Positions 7,955 to 19,628 of a stretch of DNA of 32,000 nt are shown piece after piece. The notes under the pieces were generated by a model, which was not told where the DNA came from, did not search any database, and saw only the letters and a list, made by a program, of their open reading frames with translations. The stretch is from Chloroflexota bacterium. Lineage in GTDB: Bacteria; Chloroflexota; Dehalococcoidia; Lucifugimonadales; JADFKI01. How positions within the stretch are numbered: the first letter of the stretch is position 1; each line of letters starts with the position of its first letter. The position numbers and the translations under genes were made by a program. The stretch is from contig JACZVF010000001.1 of assembly GCA_022572805.1 (NCBI GenBank), forward strand, positions 22,314-54,313, given 5' to 3'.

Positions 7955-9013
7955 GTGTCAGGACTCCTGGGGAATCCGAAGATGCTTGCCATACTGATTA
8001 TCGTGGGCATCGTTTTTCTCATCAGTCTGGCCGGCGGGGCGCTTGGCAATGCCTTTGGATTCGGTTTCCTGAGCACCCCCATCGCGGCTATCCAAATTCC
8101 TGCAGAACCCTTCCTCCCCGGCGAACTGTTCCCTGGCTTTACCGTAATGAATACGATGGTCACGGCATGGATATCTATTATCGTTCTGGTCATCATCTCC
8201 TACTTTGCCACCCGCCGCATCAGCGAAGTGCCTCGCGGAATGCAAAACCTCATCGAAGTCTTCATCGAGTTTTTTCTGAACCTCTCGGAGAGCATCGCTG
8301 GCCCAGAGCGGGCGAGACGATTTTTCCCGCTGGTCATGACCATTTTCCTGTACATCATGATCTCCAACTGGACTGGCATCCTGCCTGGCTTTGGCACGAT
8401 TGGCTGGATTGAGTCGGCCGACGATGTCATACACCACCGCGAGGTGGCCGAAGGAGGCCAAGCGAACCTGGACGAGATTAACCTGCAGGTGTTCGAAGGG
8501 GACAGTGGATTCGCTTACCTGGCGTTCGGCTCCCTGAACAGCCAGATTACTGCGGAGCAGTTCGAGCACGACGGCGCGGGCGAGGGCAAGACGGCCGGCG
8601 TTCTGATACCGTTCCTGCGCAGCGCCAACACCGATATCAATACTACGCTGGCTATCGCGCTGGTGGCGATGTTCATGGTGCACTTCTGGGGCTTCTCAGC
8701 CCTGGGGTTCCTTGGCCACGCCGGCAAATTTATCAACTTCAAAGAAGGGCCCATTGGATTCTTCGTAGGCATTCTGGAAATCATCAGCGAGCTAGCCCGG
8801 ATAATCAGCTTCACGTTCCGTCTTTTCGGCAACATATTCGCCGGCGAGGTCCTGCTGGTTGCCATGGCGTTCCTGCTTCCGTTAATCGGTATCATACCGT
8901 TCCTGGGGCTGGAGCTTTTCGTCGGAATCATCCAGGCATTCATCTTTGCAATGCTAACCCTGGTATTCGCCGTCATGGCCACCACCCGCCATGGCGGCGA
9001 GGAACATCAATAA
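7955..9013 (+). CDS. atpB: F0F1 ATP synthase subunit a, unusually long at 352 aa
   Basis: Contains ISNWTGILPG, LRSANTDINTTLAIALV and the essential Arg motif FTFRLFGNIFAGEVLL. GTG start. It is followed by atpE. Confidence 0.9.
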   Translation: MSGLLGNPKMLAILIIVGIVFLISLAGGALGNAFGFGFLSTPIAAIQIPAEPFLPGELFPGFTVMNTMVTAWISIIVLVIISYFATRRISEVPRGMQNLIEVFIEFFLNLSESIAGPERARRFFPLVMTIFLYIMISNWTGILPGFGTIGWIESADDVIHHREVAEGGQANLDEINLQVFEGDSGFAYLAFGSLNSQITAEQFEHDGAGEGKTAGVLIPFLRSANTDINTTLAIALVAMFMVHFWGFSALGFLGHAGKFINFKEGPIGFFVGILEIISELARIISFTFRLFGNIFAGEVLLVAMAFLLPLIGIIPFLGLELFVGIIQAFIFAMLTLVFAVMATTRHGGEEHQ

Positions 9014-9025
9014 CGTCTCGTAATG

Positions 9026-9054
9026 GGCAGCCCCCCATAGAGAGAGCGGCTGCC
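9026..9054 (+). other. Intercistronic hairpin between atpB and atpE
   Basis: GGCAGCC (9026-9032) pairs with GGCTGCC (9048-9054) around a 15-nt loop, followed by TTATAAAT. It may be an mRNA stability or processing element. There is no clear U-tract. Confidence 0.3.
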
Positions 9055-9090
9055 TTATAAATCTACGCAACTGAATGAATGAAGGAGTGA

Positions 9091-9321
<231 letters not shown>

Positions 9322-9390
9322 CTGGCGCCTAATCCCGGCACACGAACGCAGCCGAATAGCAAATGAGGCCTGCGTAAAAAAGGAGAAGGC

Positions 9391-9894
9391 ATGGAAGCCT
9401 TGGGAATCAATTTACCTGGCCTGATTACTCAGTTAGTCAGTTTCGCAATACTATTCGCCATCCTATACAAGCTGCTTTACAAGCCAATATTGGGAATGCT
9501 GGAGCAACGCACCAACCGTATCCAGGAGAGCCTGGAAACGGCGGAACGCGTTTCGCGGGAGGCCGCATCACAGCAGGAGCAAATGCAGCAGCAGATTGAA
9601 GCGGCGCGCAGCGAAGGCCAGCAGCTAATCGCCCAGGCCCGGGAGGTTGCCGAAAGGTTCCGCGAAGAGGAGCTTGCCAAGGCCCGTCAGGACATCGAAG
9701 GCGAGCGCACCAGGGCCACGGCGAACATCCAGCGCGAACGGGACGCGGCGATTGAGGACCTGCGGCGCGAGTTCGCGGGGCTAGCTATCACCGCGGCCGA
9801 GAGGGTGATCGAGAGGTCACTGGATGAGTCAGCGCATCAGGACATTATTAACCGGGTGCTTGAAGAGGGCCGGTCGCAAGCCAGCCTCAACTAA
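9391..9894 (+). CDS. atpF: F0F1 ATP synthase subunit b
   Basis: 167 aa with a single N-terminal TM helix followed by a long charged coiled-coil. AAGGAG RBS. Its operon position fits atpF. Confidence 0.88.
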   Translation: MEALGINLPGLITQLVSFAILFAILYKLLYKPILGMLEQRTNRIQESLETAERVSREAASQQEQMQQQIEAARSEGQQLIAQAREVAERFREEELAKARQDIEGERTRATANIQRERDAAIEDLRREFAGLAITAAERVIERSLDESAHQDIINRVLEEGRSQASLN

Positions 9895-9958
9895 GCAGCA
9901 GATTTGCAGGCACGGCGCGAATCACGCGCCGACCTTAATCGATAGAAAGAGAAATTAG

Positions 9959-10498
9959 ATGCCGAAGGGTGCGTCAGCCCGCAGATATGCCCAGGCCGCA
10001 TTCGAGATAGCCCTGGAGAACGACGAATTCGACGCGTGGCTCGAAGACCTGGGCTACCTTGCTGCCGCGTTGCAAAGCGATGAGTTTTCAGGGTTTCTAG
10101 ACGCCCCGCAGGTCGCGGTCAGGCGGAAGATCAGCCTGATTGATGAGACTGTTGCCGGCACGATAAGCCCGCTGAGCCGCAATCTCCTGGCCCTGCTTGC
10201 GAGCCGCAACTCGGCACATTTGGTGCCCAGCATAACGGGGGCTTATCAGGAGATGCTTGACGCCCACCGCGGCATCGAGCGTGCGGAGATCGTGTCGGCG
10301 GTCCCGCTATCGGACGAGCAGCAAAGCAGGGTATCCAATATGCTAAAAGATATGGTGGGCAAGGAGATAGCCCTCACTGTGCGGGTCGACCCGCAAATCC
10401 TTGGCGGCATCGTGGCCCGCGTAGGCGACAGCCTGATTGACGGAAGCACCCGAACCAAGCTGGAGGGTCTCCGGCGAGAGCTTTTACAGCAGGCATAA
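9959..10498 (+). CDS. atpH: F0F1 ATP synthase subunit delta (OSCP)
   Basis: 179 aa. YAQAAFEIALEN... and ...ILGGIVARVGDSLIDGSTRTKLEGLRREL are typical of delta. Confidence 0.88.
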   Translation: MPKGASARRYAQAAFEIALENDEFDAWLEDLGYLAAALQSDEFSGFLDAPQVAVRRKISLIDETVAGTISPLSRNLLALLASRNSAHLVPSITGAYQEMLDAHRGIERAEIVSAVPLSDEQQSRVSNMLKDMVGKEIALTVRVDPQILGGIVARVGDSLIDGSTRTKLEGLRRELLQQA

Positions 10499-10532
10499 AC
10501 TAATTAAATCCGCATAATCCACGGAGGCTGGA

Positions 10533-12044
10533 ATGGCAGTCAGAGGACAGGACATTGCGTCGGTAATCAAGCGGCAAATCGAAGGATTTGGCCAAGAGCT
10601 TGGCATGGTAGACGTGGGCACCGTGATAGAAGTCGGTGACGGCATCGCGCAGATTCACGGGCTTTCCGGCGTAGCATACGGCGAGCTGCTGTCCTTCGTG
10701 GGAGGCGTTATGGGAATGGCGCTAAACCTCGAGGAGGACAGCGTCGGTGCGGTCATCATGGGTGATCCCCTGGGCATAAAAGAGGGCAGCGAGGTCCGCA
10801 GCACCGGACGAGTAGTTGTCGTGCCCGTAGGCGACGCACTGTTGGGGCGCGTCGTGGATGCCCTGGGTCAGCCCATCGACGGCAAGGGGCCGATCAACAC
10901 CAGCAACACACGCGAGGTAGAGATCGTAGCGCCTGGCGTAGCCATACGCAGCCCGGTAAACACACCGGTGCAGACGGGCATCAAGGCAATCGACTCCATG
11001 ATACCGGTGGGCCGCGGACAGCGAGAGCTGATCATCGGTGACCGTTCCACAGGCAAGACCGCCATCGCAATCGACGCGATCATCAACCAGAAGGGTGGCG
11101 ACCTGGTCTGCATCTACGTGGCCATTGGCCAGAAGGCCAGCAAGGTGGCGCAGGTGGTAGGCCTCCTGGAGGAGCGCGGCGCACTGGACCATACGATCAT
11201 CGTTGCCGCCAACGCCTCCGACCCGGCCCCAATGCAGTACATTGCCCCATACGCCGGGTGCGCCATGGCTGAGGAGTTCATGTGGCAGGGCAAGGACGCC
11301 CTCATTATTTACGACGACCTCTCCAAGCACGCGTGGGCATACAGGCAGATGTCCCTGCTGCTGAAACGGCCTCCCGGACGCGAGGCCTACCCGGGCGACG
11401 TCTTCTACCTGCACAGCCGACTTCTGGAGCGCGCGGCCAAGCTTGATGATGCCCACGGCGGAGGTTCGATAACGGCGTTGCCGATCATCGAGACGCTGGC
11501 CGGCGACGTGTCGGCGTACGTGCCCACCAATGTTATCTCCATAACCGACGGCCAAATTTACCTGGAGCCGGAGCTGTTCAACGCCGGCATCAGGCCTGCC
11601 GTCAACGCTGGTCTGTCCGTGTCCCGGGTGGGCAGCGCCGCGCAAACAAAGGCAATGAGGGGAGTCGCCGGACGGCTGCGGTTGGACCTGGCCCAGTATC
11701 GAGAGCTGGTTACCTTCGCCCAGTTCGGTACCGCAGACCTGGACGCGGCCACCAGACAGCAGTTGGAGCGAGGGCAGAGAGCCACTGAGGTGCTGAAACA
11801 AGGCCAGAACTCTCCGTTGCCAGTGGAGCAGCAGGTGGCAATCCTGTTCGCGCTTAACAACGGGCATCTGGACGACGTAGATATCCCGCGAGTCACTGCG
11901 TTTGAGGCCGGATTCCACAGCTACATGACCTCCAGTCAGAAGGAACTTCTCGGCAAGATCGCCGAAGCGGGAGATATTGACGACGACACTGCCGAGGCGC
12001 TGACGGCGGCAATAACCGAATTCAAGGCCAGCGTGCCTTACTAA
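10533..12044 (+). CDS. atpA: F0F1 ATP synthase subunit alpha
   Basis: 503 aa with Walker A GDRSTGKT, plus [21 protein letters not shown] and ITDGQIYLE. Confidence 0.97.
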   Translation: MAVRGQDIASVIKRQIEGFGQELGMVDVGTVIEVGDGIAQIHGLSGVAYGELLSFVGGVMGMALNLEEDSVGAVIMGDPLGIKEGSEVRSTGRVVVVPVGDALLGRVVDALGQPIDGKGPINTSNTREVEIVAPGVAIRSPVNTPVQTGIKAIDSMIPVGRGQRELIIGDRSTGKTAIAIDAIINQKGGDLVCIYVAIGQKASKVAQVVGLLEERGALDHTIIVAANASDPAPMQYIAPYAGCAMAEEFMWQGKDALIIYDDLSKHAWAYRQMSLLLKRPPGREAYPGDVFYLHSRLLERAAKLDDAHGGGSITALPIIETLAGDVSAYVPTNVISITDGQIYLEPELFNAGIRPAVNAGLSVSRVGSAAQTKAMRGVAGRLRLDLAQYRELVTFAQFGTADLDAATRQQLERGQRATEVLKQGQNSPLPVEQQVAILFALNNGHLDDVDIPRVTAFEAGFHSYMTSSQKELLGKIAEAGDIDDDTAEALTAAITEFKASVPY

Positions 12045-12059
12045 CAGGGCCAAGCACAT

Positions 12060-14349
<2,290 letters not shown>

Positions 14350-14392
14350 ACCGAATAGCCCAAAAACACCAAGATCCGCAAAGGGATTACGA

Positions 14393-14818
14393 ATGGCCCC
14401 CATGAAATTGGAAATAGTAACCGCCGAGCGGTTGGTCTACTCCGAAGACGTAGACATGCTGGTTGCGCCGGGCATCGACGGTGAGCTGGGCATATTGCCC
14501 CGACACGCGCCGCTGCTGACCGTCCTGAAACCTGGCGAAATCCGTGTAACCAGAGACGGCGACGTGAGCTACCTGGCCGTAAGCGGAGGCTTCCTCGAGG
14601 TGATGTCCGACACCGTAACTATCTTGGCGGACACGGCAGAACAGGCTGAAGAGATCAACGCCGAGCGGGCCGAGGCTGCCTTGGCCAGAGCGCAGGAGCG
14701 CATCGAATCTTCGGCATCCGACATGGACTTGCAGATGGCTATGGCATCGATGAGGCGGTCGCAGGCGCGCCTTGCAGTCGCGACGCGGCGGCGGCGCAGG
14801 CAGCAGCCACCTTCGTAA
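14393..14818 (+). CDS. atpC: F0F1 ATP synthase subunit epsilon
   Basis: 141 aa. KLEIVTAERLVYSEDVDMLVAPGIDGELGILPRHAPLLT is typical of epsilon. It is the last gene of the operon. Confidence 0.92.
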   Translation: MAPMKLEIVTAERLVYSEDVDMLVAPGIDGELGILPRHAPLLTVLKPGEIRVTRDGDVSYLAVSGGFLEVMSDTVTILADTAEQAEEINAERAEAALARAQERIESSASDMDLQMAMASMRRSQARLAVATRRRRRQQPPS

Positions 14819-14848
14819 CAAGCTCAATTCCCGAGAACCCGATTCCAG

Positions 14849-14892
14849 CAAAAAGGCCGGTGATTTTGAACCCCGGCCTTTTTGCTTCTTTA
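14849..14892. terminator. Probable bidirectional terminator between convergent atpC and rex
   Basis: The sequence reads AAAAAGGCCGG-tgattttgaacc-CCGGCCTTTTTGCTTCTTT. The stem is flanked by an A-tract upstream and a T-tract downstream. Confidence 0.7.
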
Positions 14893-14919
14893 CATCGGAC
14901 CTGAAAAAACGCCGCGAGG

Positions 14920-15540
14920 CTACCTTAGGTAGAAGGTCATCGACTGCAGGGACAGCACAGGATCGATATTGCGAATTACCGTGTTCATCGGCACCTGAGG
15001 CGCAACAGGGGCATAGTTCAGTATGCCCTTGACGTTGTTTTCGATAAGGTTCTCGATGACTCCCTGCGCCTCCGACGCCGGAACAGCCACGATTCCGATA
15101 GATATCTTCATCTCTTTGACAGTCTCGGCGAGGTCGGACATGGGTCTAACGGTGAAGCCGCCAATCTGGGTGCCAACCTGTTTCGGGTCGCCATCGAAGG
15201 CCGCTACAATCTTGAAGCCCTCAGGCGAGAAGCCGGGGTAGTTGATGATGGCGTGCCCCAGGCGCCCGACGCCAATTAGGCAGGCCCTCCATTCGCGGTC
15301 AAGTCCCAGGATCTCCCGGAGCTCCCGCAGCAGAAATCGTACGTTGTAGCCCCGTCCCTGCTTGCCGAACCTCCCAAAGTAGCTAAGGTCCTTCCTTATC
15401 TGCGCCGGCGTCATCTGCAATAGACTGCCAAGCTGCTGTGAACTGACCACGTCGGTCCCGCCATCCCTGAGCTGGCTGAGCGCCCTTACGTACAGTGGGA
15501 GCCGAAGGACCACGACCTCTGGGACTTCAAATGAGTCCAT
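14920..15540 (-). CDS. rex: Redox-sensing transcriptional repressor Rex
   Basis: LRLPLYVRALSQL...ISSQQLG...AQIRKDLSYFGRFGKQGRGYNV is the winged-helix part. A Rossmann-type LIGVGRLGHAI motif follows. The ORF opens at GTG 15558, but ATG 15540 with an AGGAAGG RBS is the likely start. Confidence 0.92.
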   Translation of the reverse strand: MDSFEVPEVVVLRLPLYVRALSQLRDGGTDVVSSQQLGSLLQMTPAQIRKDLSYFGRFGKQGRGYNVRFLLRELREILGLDREWRACLIGVGRLGHAIINYPGFSPEGFKIVAAFDGDPKQVGTQIGGFTVRPMSDLAETVKEMKISIGIVAVPASEAQGVIENLIENNVKGILNYAPVAPQVPMNTVIRNIDPVLSLQSMTFYLR

Positions 15541-15643
15541 ACACCTTCCTAGTTTCACAGAATTTCATAGGGGCGCAAGATTTGAAGCCGGCGAATCAAA
15601 GACGCCGTTCACACCAAGCGAAACAACACTACCGAACGCCGCT

Positions 15644-15695
15644 ATTCTATTAATACCCCAATAGTTCGTCAATTAGTTTGTGAATGGAATCACTA
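15644..15695 (-). promoter_or_regulatory. rex promoter (TTGACG, 17-nt spacer, TAGAAT) with an adjacent Rex-like box
   Basis: On the minus strand the -35 is at 15672..15667 and the -10 at 15649..15644. Immediately upstream, at 15678-15695, the + strand reads TTGTGAATGGAATCACTA. The left half-site is perfect and the whole matches TTGTGAA-N4-TTCACAA at 12 of 14 positions. Confidence 0.5.
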
Positions 15696-15842
15696 CCAAC
15701 ATCCTGATGAACGCTCCCATGTTACTGGAATAGATACCCGCCTTTGGACCCTGATAACAATGACCTCGGCACCCAAACAGTTTGAGGCCCTGCACGCGGT
15801 ATTTGACTGCTCTACGGGACATTCAGAACCGATTAACGATTC

Positions 15843-15871
15843 TTGACACCAAATATACTGAATGCTAGAAT
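15843..15871 (+). promoter_or_regulatory. Sigma-70-like promoter for citrate synthase: TTGACA, 17-nt spacer, TAGAAT
   Basis: TTGACA is at 15843-15848 and TAGAAT at 15866-15871, ~80 nt upstream of ATG 15951. Confidence 0.6.
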
Positions 15872-15950
15872 TGGCTTGCCCTCGCGGGCGAAGGCACCCA
15901 CTGCGAGAGTTCGTTCGCCGTCAGTCGAACATTTCCCTGGAGGATTTGGC

Positions 15951-17090
15951 ATGGCATCTGAAGAGAAGGTCGAGCTCAAAAGAGGCCTTCGTGATGTTTA
16001 CATAGATCGGACCAAGTCCAGCTTCATCGACGGCAAAGTCGGAAAGCTGCTTTACCGGGGCATCAATATCGACGACTTGGCCCAGAAATCCACGTTTGAG
16101 GAGACCATATACCTCCTTCTTTACACCGAGCTTCCCACCGAGAGCCAACTGAAGGCCTTTCAAGCCGAGTTGATCGCCAATAGGGCGCTGCCGGAAGACA
16201 TTCTCTCCATTATTGAGATCGTTAAAGACTCGCACCCCATGGACGTGCTTCGAACAGGCGTGTCGGCGCTTTCGGCCTTCGATCCCGAGACGGAAGACAT
16301 CTCCACGGAAGCGACCATTCGGAAGGGGGTTCGCCTCACAGCACAGGCGCCGACCATAGTGGCGGCCCACGCGCGCATCCGGAAAGGCAAGGACCCAATC
16401 GCGCCAAGCACCAGCCTTAACCAGGCCGCTAACTTCCTGTACATGCTTTTCGGTGAAGAGCCCGATCCGCGGGACGCCCGTCTTATAGATAAGGACTTCA
16501 TTCTGCACGCGGAACACGGCATAAACGCCTCCTCGTTTGGCGCCAGGGTGACCGCCTCCACTCAGGCAGACCTGCACTGCGCCGTCACCACGGGCATCGG
16601 CGTACTCAAAGGGCCCGCCCATGGCGGGGCGGCCGAAGAGGTCATGAAGATGGCCCTGGACATCGGCGATGAGGATAAGGCCGAGGACTACGTTCGAAAC
16701 TTGCTGAAAGATGGCGGGCGCGTGATGGGCTTCGGCCATCGGGTATACCGCGCCACCGACCCACGCGCATTCCACTTGAAGGATGATGCCAAAGAGTTGG
16801 GTGAGCGTAAGGGCCAACCCAAGTGGTTTTCAATTCTGGAATCCGTGACCAAAGTGATGGAGCCATATACCAGGCGGGGCATCTGCCAAAACGTAGACTT
16901 CTTCTCCGGCGCGATTTACTATCTACTGGGAATACCGGACGACCTGTTCATCTCCATATTCGCGATGGGTAGAATCCCTGGCTGGACGGTTCAGGTCGTG
17001 GAGCAGTTCGAAAACAATATTCTGCTCCGGCCCCGGTTGCAGTACGTGGGTGAAATGGACGTGCCGTACGTGCCCATAGAGGACCGCTAA
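15951..17090 (+). CDS. gltA: Citrate synthase (short ~380-aa type; citrate/2-methylcitrate synthase family)
   Basis: LRDVYIDRTKSSFIDGKVGKLLYRGINIDDL, HAEHGINASSF and GFGHRVYRATDPRA are catalytic His motifs. The track ORF starts at TTG 15843, which is the promoter -35. ATG 15951 with a GGAGG RBS is the likely start. Confidence 0.9.
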   Translation: MASEEKVELKRGLRDVYIDRTKSSFIDGKVGKLLYRGINIDDLAQKSTFEETIYLLLYTELPTESQLKAFQAELIANRALPEDILSIIEIVKDSHPMDVLRTGVSALSAFDPETEDISTEATIRKGVRLTAQAPTIVAAHARIRKGKDPIAPSTSLNQAANFLYMLFGEEPDPRDARLIDKDFILHAEHGINASSFGARVTASTQADLHCAVTTGIGVLKGPAHGGAAEEVMKMALDIGDEDKAEDYVRNLLKDGGRVMGFGHRVYRATDPRAFHLKDDAKELGERKGQPKWFSILESVTKVMEPYTRRGICQNVDFFSGAIYYLLGIPDDLFISIFAMGRIPGWTVQVVEQFENNILLRPRLQYVGEMDVPYVPIEDR

Positions 17091-17156
17091 GAAAAATTCA
17101 ACACTCTCCGGAAACCGCGGGGAACACATCTGGGGTGAGCATGGAAGGATTGGACT

Positions 17157-17354
17157 GTGACTGAAGAGGAGCAACCAGCAGAATCGGAATGCCAGCATTA
17201 CTGGCTTATCGAGAGTCCCAACGGCCCGGTCAGTATTGGCGTGTGCAAGCACTGTGGGGAGAAATCGGAGTTCAAGAACTCTATTCAGGGGTCCGGTTGG
17301 GACAGAGAGAACCCACAGGGCAGGCGAGCGAAACAGGCAAAAACGACCACCTAG
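17157..17354 (+). CDS. Hypothetical small protein with CxH...CxxC (possible zinc ribbon)
   Basis: 65 aa with a GTG start and a GGAAGGA RBS ~10 nt upstream. The sequence includes ECQHYWLIESPNGPVSIGVCKHCGEKSEFKNS and a basic tail. A strong terminator follows directly. Confidence 0.5.
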   Translation: MTEEEQPAESECQHYWLIESPNGPVSIGVCKHCGEKSEFKNSIQGSGWDRENPQGRRAKQAKTTT

Positions 17355-17379
17355 CTCTGCCGACACATCATGAAGTCCG

Positions 17380-17414
17380 GGGAGGCATCTGCGAGGATGC
17401 CTCCCTTTTTGTTT
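17380..17414 (+). terminator. Rho-independent terminator
   Basis: GGGAGGCATC-tgcgag-GATGCCTCCC followed by TTTTTGTTT. Confidence 0.85.
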
Positions 17415-17425
17415 AGGCCCATGCC

Positions 17426-18658
17426 ATGAGTGACAGCGGTCCGGAGCCCATAAAGGAGATAAGGCGCAGGATAGCGAGGGATGGCAGGATCACCTTCGAG
17501 GCGTTCATGCGGCTGGCGCTGTACCACAGCGATGGCGGGTATTACTCAACGCCGGCGCCCTTCGGGGAGTCTGGCGACTACTACACGGGCCCTGCCGTCC
17601 ACCCTGCGTTTGGCGCGTGCATCGCCAATCAGCTTCACCGCATGTGGGAGCTGCTGGACCGGCCAAGTCCCTTCCACGCCGTCGAGCTTGGGGCCGGCGC
17701 CGGCATCCTCAGCCGCGACGTTTTCGCCTACGCCGCCAACCTTCCGGACGACTTCCAAACGGCCGTCCGGTACATCACGCTGGACAGGTACAAGGGCCCC
17801 GCCGGCCCTGGCTCCGGACAAAGGGTCCTTACCGAAAGTGTGCCGCTGCGAGGTATCACAGGATGCCTGTTTTCCAACGAGCTGCCCGACGCATTCCCCG
17901 TACACAGGTTTCGCATGGAGGCCGGCCGCCTGCGCGAGATATACGTCTCTGTTGACGCAAGCGGCAACATGATTGAGGTGACAGGGGAGCTATCAACTCC
18001 CGACATCGAAGGGCGTCTTGCCGGGTTGGACTGGGGGTGGCCGGACGGCTACGAGGGCGAGGTCAATCTTCAGGCGGGACCCTGGATGAGAGAGCTGGCG
18101 TCTTCGCTGGATCAGGGGTTCGTCATCACCATCGACTACGGCTACCTGGCCGAAGAGCTTTACTCGCCGGCCAGGACCAGGGGGACGCTCCAGACCTACT
18201 ACAGACACGTGGATGGCTCCAGTCCGTACCAGCGCATCGGTAGGCAGGACCTTACGGCGCACGTCGACTTCTCAATGCTGATGTCTGAGGGAGAATCGGC
18301 CGGCCTGAAGCAGGTCGCATACCTGACCCAGGGCGTTTACCTGCGGCGACTGGGGTTGGATTCCATGATGGAAGGCCTGCGACGGCTGGAACTTCCCCTG
18401 CGCGAACGGACGGCCAACCTGAGAGCAATGCGCGAATTGGCGGATTCCGACGGCTTCGGAGAGTTCAAAGTCCTGGTGCAGTCCAAGGGCGTTGCAGGCG
18501 TAAAGGCCGAGGACATCTTTCCCACCAAAGAATTTCTGATTGACGCGACGCCACCGCTGAAGACCGACCATCACATGCCGGCGACCGAGTCCACGTACCC
18601 GCGGTCCAACTTTACGCTGGACGTGCTGTGGCCGATTGACGGCGGAAAAGACAGCTAA
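17426..18658 (+). CDS. Class I SAM-dependent methyltransferase, MidA/NDUFAF7 (DUF185) family
   Basis: 410 aa. ITFEAFMRLALYHSDGGYY...FGESGDYYTGPAVHPAFG...VELGAGAGILSRDV...ELPDAFPVHRF is typical of the MidA family. Confidence 0.82.
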   Translation: MSDSGPEPIKEIRRRIARDGRITFEAFMRLALYHSDGGYYSTPAPFGESGDYYTGPAVHPAFGACIANQLHRMWELLDRPSPFHAVELGAGAGILSRDVFAYAANLPDDFQTAVRYITLDRYKGPAGPGSGQRVLTESVPLRGITGCLFSNELPDAFPVHRFRMEAGRLREIYVSVDASGNMIEVTGELSTPDIEGRLAGLDWGWPDGYEGEVNLQAGPWMRELASSLDQGFVITIDYGYLAEELYSPARTRGTLQTYYRHVDGSSPYQRIGRQDLTAHVDFSMLMSEGESAGLKQVAYLTQGVYLRRLGLDSMMEGLRRLELPLRERTANLRAMRELADSDGFGEFKVLVQSKGVAGVKAEDIFPTKEFLIDATPPLKTDHHMPATESTYPRSNFTLDVLWPIDGGKDS

Positions 18659-19506
18659 ATTGCTGCGTCGCTCTCTTCAGTCTCGTCCTTCGACACGGAT
18701 GTGTTGGGTCGTGGCGCGCACCGGCGGGCGGTTGTGATGAAGCCCGTGTGCCCGACCATTCTGTGGGATGGCCTGACGCTGCGACCGCTCACGGACCACG
18801 GCCTCATGAGGATCTCGAAGGTCTCGATCATCTCGAACGTGCGTTGGCTTCGCAGGGCTTTGGTCAACTCGTGAAATTGCAGCACGGTTGGAAGGAAGCT
18901 GACGAACATACCGCCGCGAACCAGCTTATCCGAGGCGTGCGGCACAACTTGCCACGGCTCCGGAAGGTCCAGGACAATGCGGTCCAACTCATATTCGTCG
19001 ATGCCCTCGTACACATCCGCCTGCTTGAATTCGACGTTGGGGACTTCGCCCAGCATGGACCTGACGTTAGTGCCCGCCCTGTCCAGCATGTCCTCTCGCA
19101 CGTCGTATGAGTACACCTGTCCACGCTCTCCCACAGCCCGAATCAGGTTCATGGTCAATGCGCCTGAGCCGCAGCCGGCCTCCAGCACCCGAGCGCCCGA
19201 AAATATGTCGCCATACACCAGAATAGCGCCCACGTCCTTGGGGTAGATAACAGTCGCGATACGCGGCATCTCCAGGGTGTAGTCTGCCATGGTGGGTTTC
19301 ACCGCGAACAGAACATGCCCCTTATTGGTGGTCACCCACGTCCCGTCCTCCTGGCCAATAAGGTCCTCGTGTGGGAAGGCCCCGATGTGCGACTCGAATT
19401 TTTTGGATGGGGTCAGCGTAATCAGGTAATGCCTGCCCTTTTTGTCCTGCATAAGGACGTTGTCACCCTGGCCAAAAAGCCGAGAGGGCGCCTTTGTGTC
19501 CACCAT
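18655..19506 (-). CDS. trmI: tRNA (adenine-N1)-methyltransferase, TrmI/GCD14 family
   Basis: 283 aa. KGRHYLITLTPSKKFESHIGAFPHEDLIG..., PRIATVIYPKDVGAIL, VLEAGCGSGALT and VLDLPEPW match the family. Its stop codon overlaps the convergent MidA-family stop codon. Confidence 0.85.
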   Translation of the reverse strand: MVDTKAPSRLFGQGDNVLMQDKKGRHYLITLTPSKKFESHIGAFPHEDLIGQEDGTWVTTNKGHVLFAVKPTMADYTLEMPRIATVIYPKDVGAILVYGDIFSGARVLEAGCGSGALTMNLIRAVGERGQVYSYDVREDMLDRAGTNVRSMLGEVPNVEFKQADVYEGIDEYELDRIVLDLPEPWQVVPHASDKLVRGGMFVSFLPTVLQFHELTKALRSQRTFEMIETFEILMRPWSVSGRSVRPSHRMVGHTGFITTARRCAPRPNTSVSKDETEESDAAI

Positions 19507-19557
19507 AGTGCTGCTCCATGAGTTACCCTAATACCGGCATGGCAACCCAACTAATTT

Positions 19558-19603
19558 GGAGAATGAGAGAGGGCCGGTCTGCAACGCTATCCAGCCGGCC
19601 CTC
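19558..19603 (-). terminator. Hairpin between the peroxiredoxin gene and trmI (weak terminator candidate)
   Basis: Minus strand reads GAGGGCCGG-17 nt-CCGGCCCUC followed by UCUCAUUCUCC. The stem is good but the U-tract is poor. Confidence 0.35.
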
Positions 19604-19628
19604 AATACCTGTATTTGCCCGCGGACCC

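Noticed and set aside
15921-16817. 298-aa minus-strand ORF inside citrate synthase. Similar antisense or out-of-frame ORFs include 7958..8683, 2365..2970, 20520..21308, 22052..22849, 26017..26643, 27901..28524 and 27945..28730.
   Set aside because: All overlap genes with strong family signatures on the other strand or in another frame. All have Arg/Gly/Pro-rich, motif-free translations typical of spurious frames.
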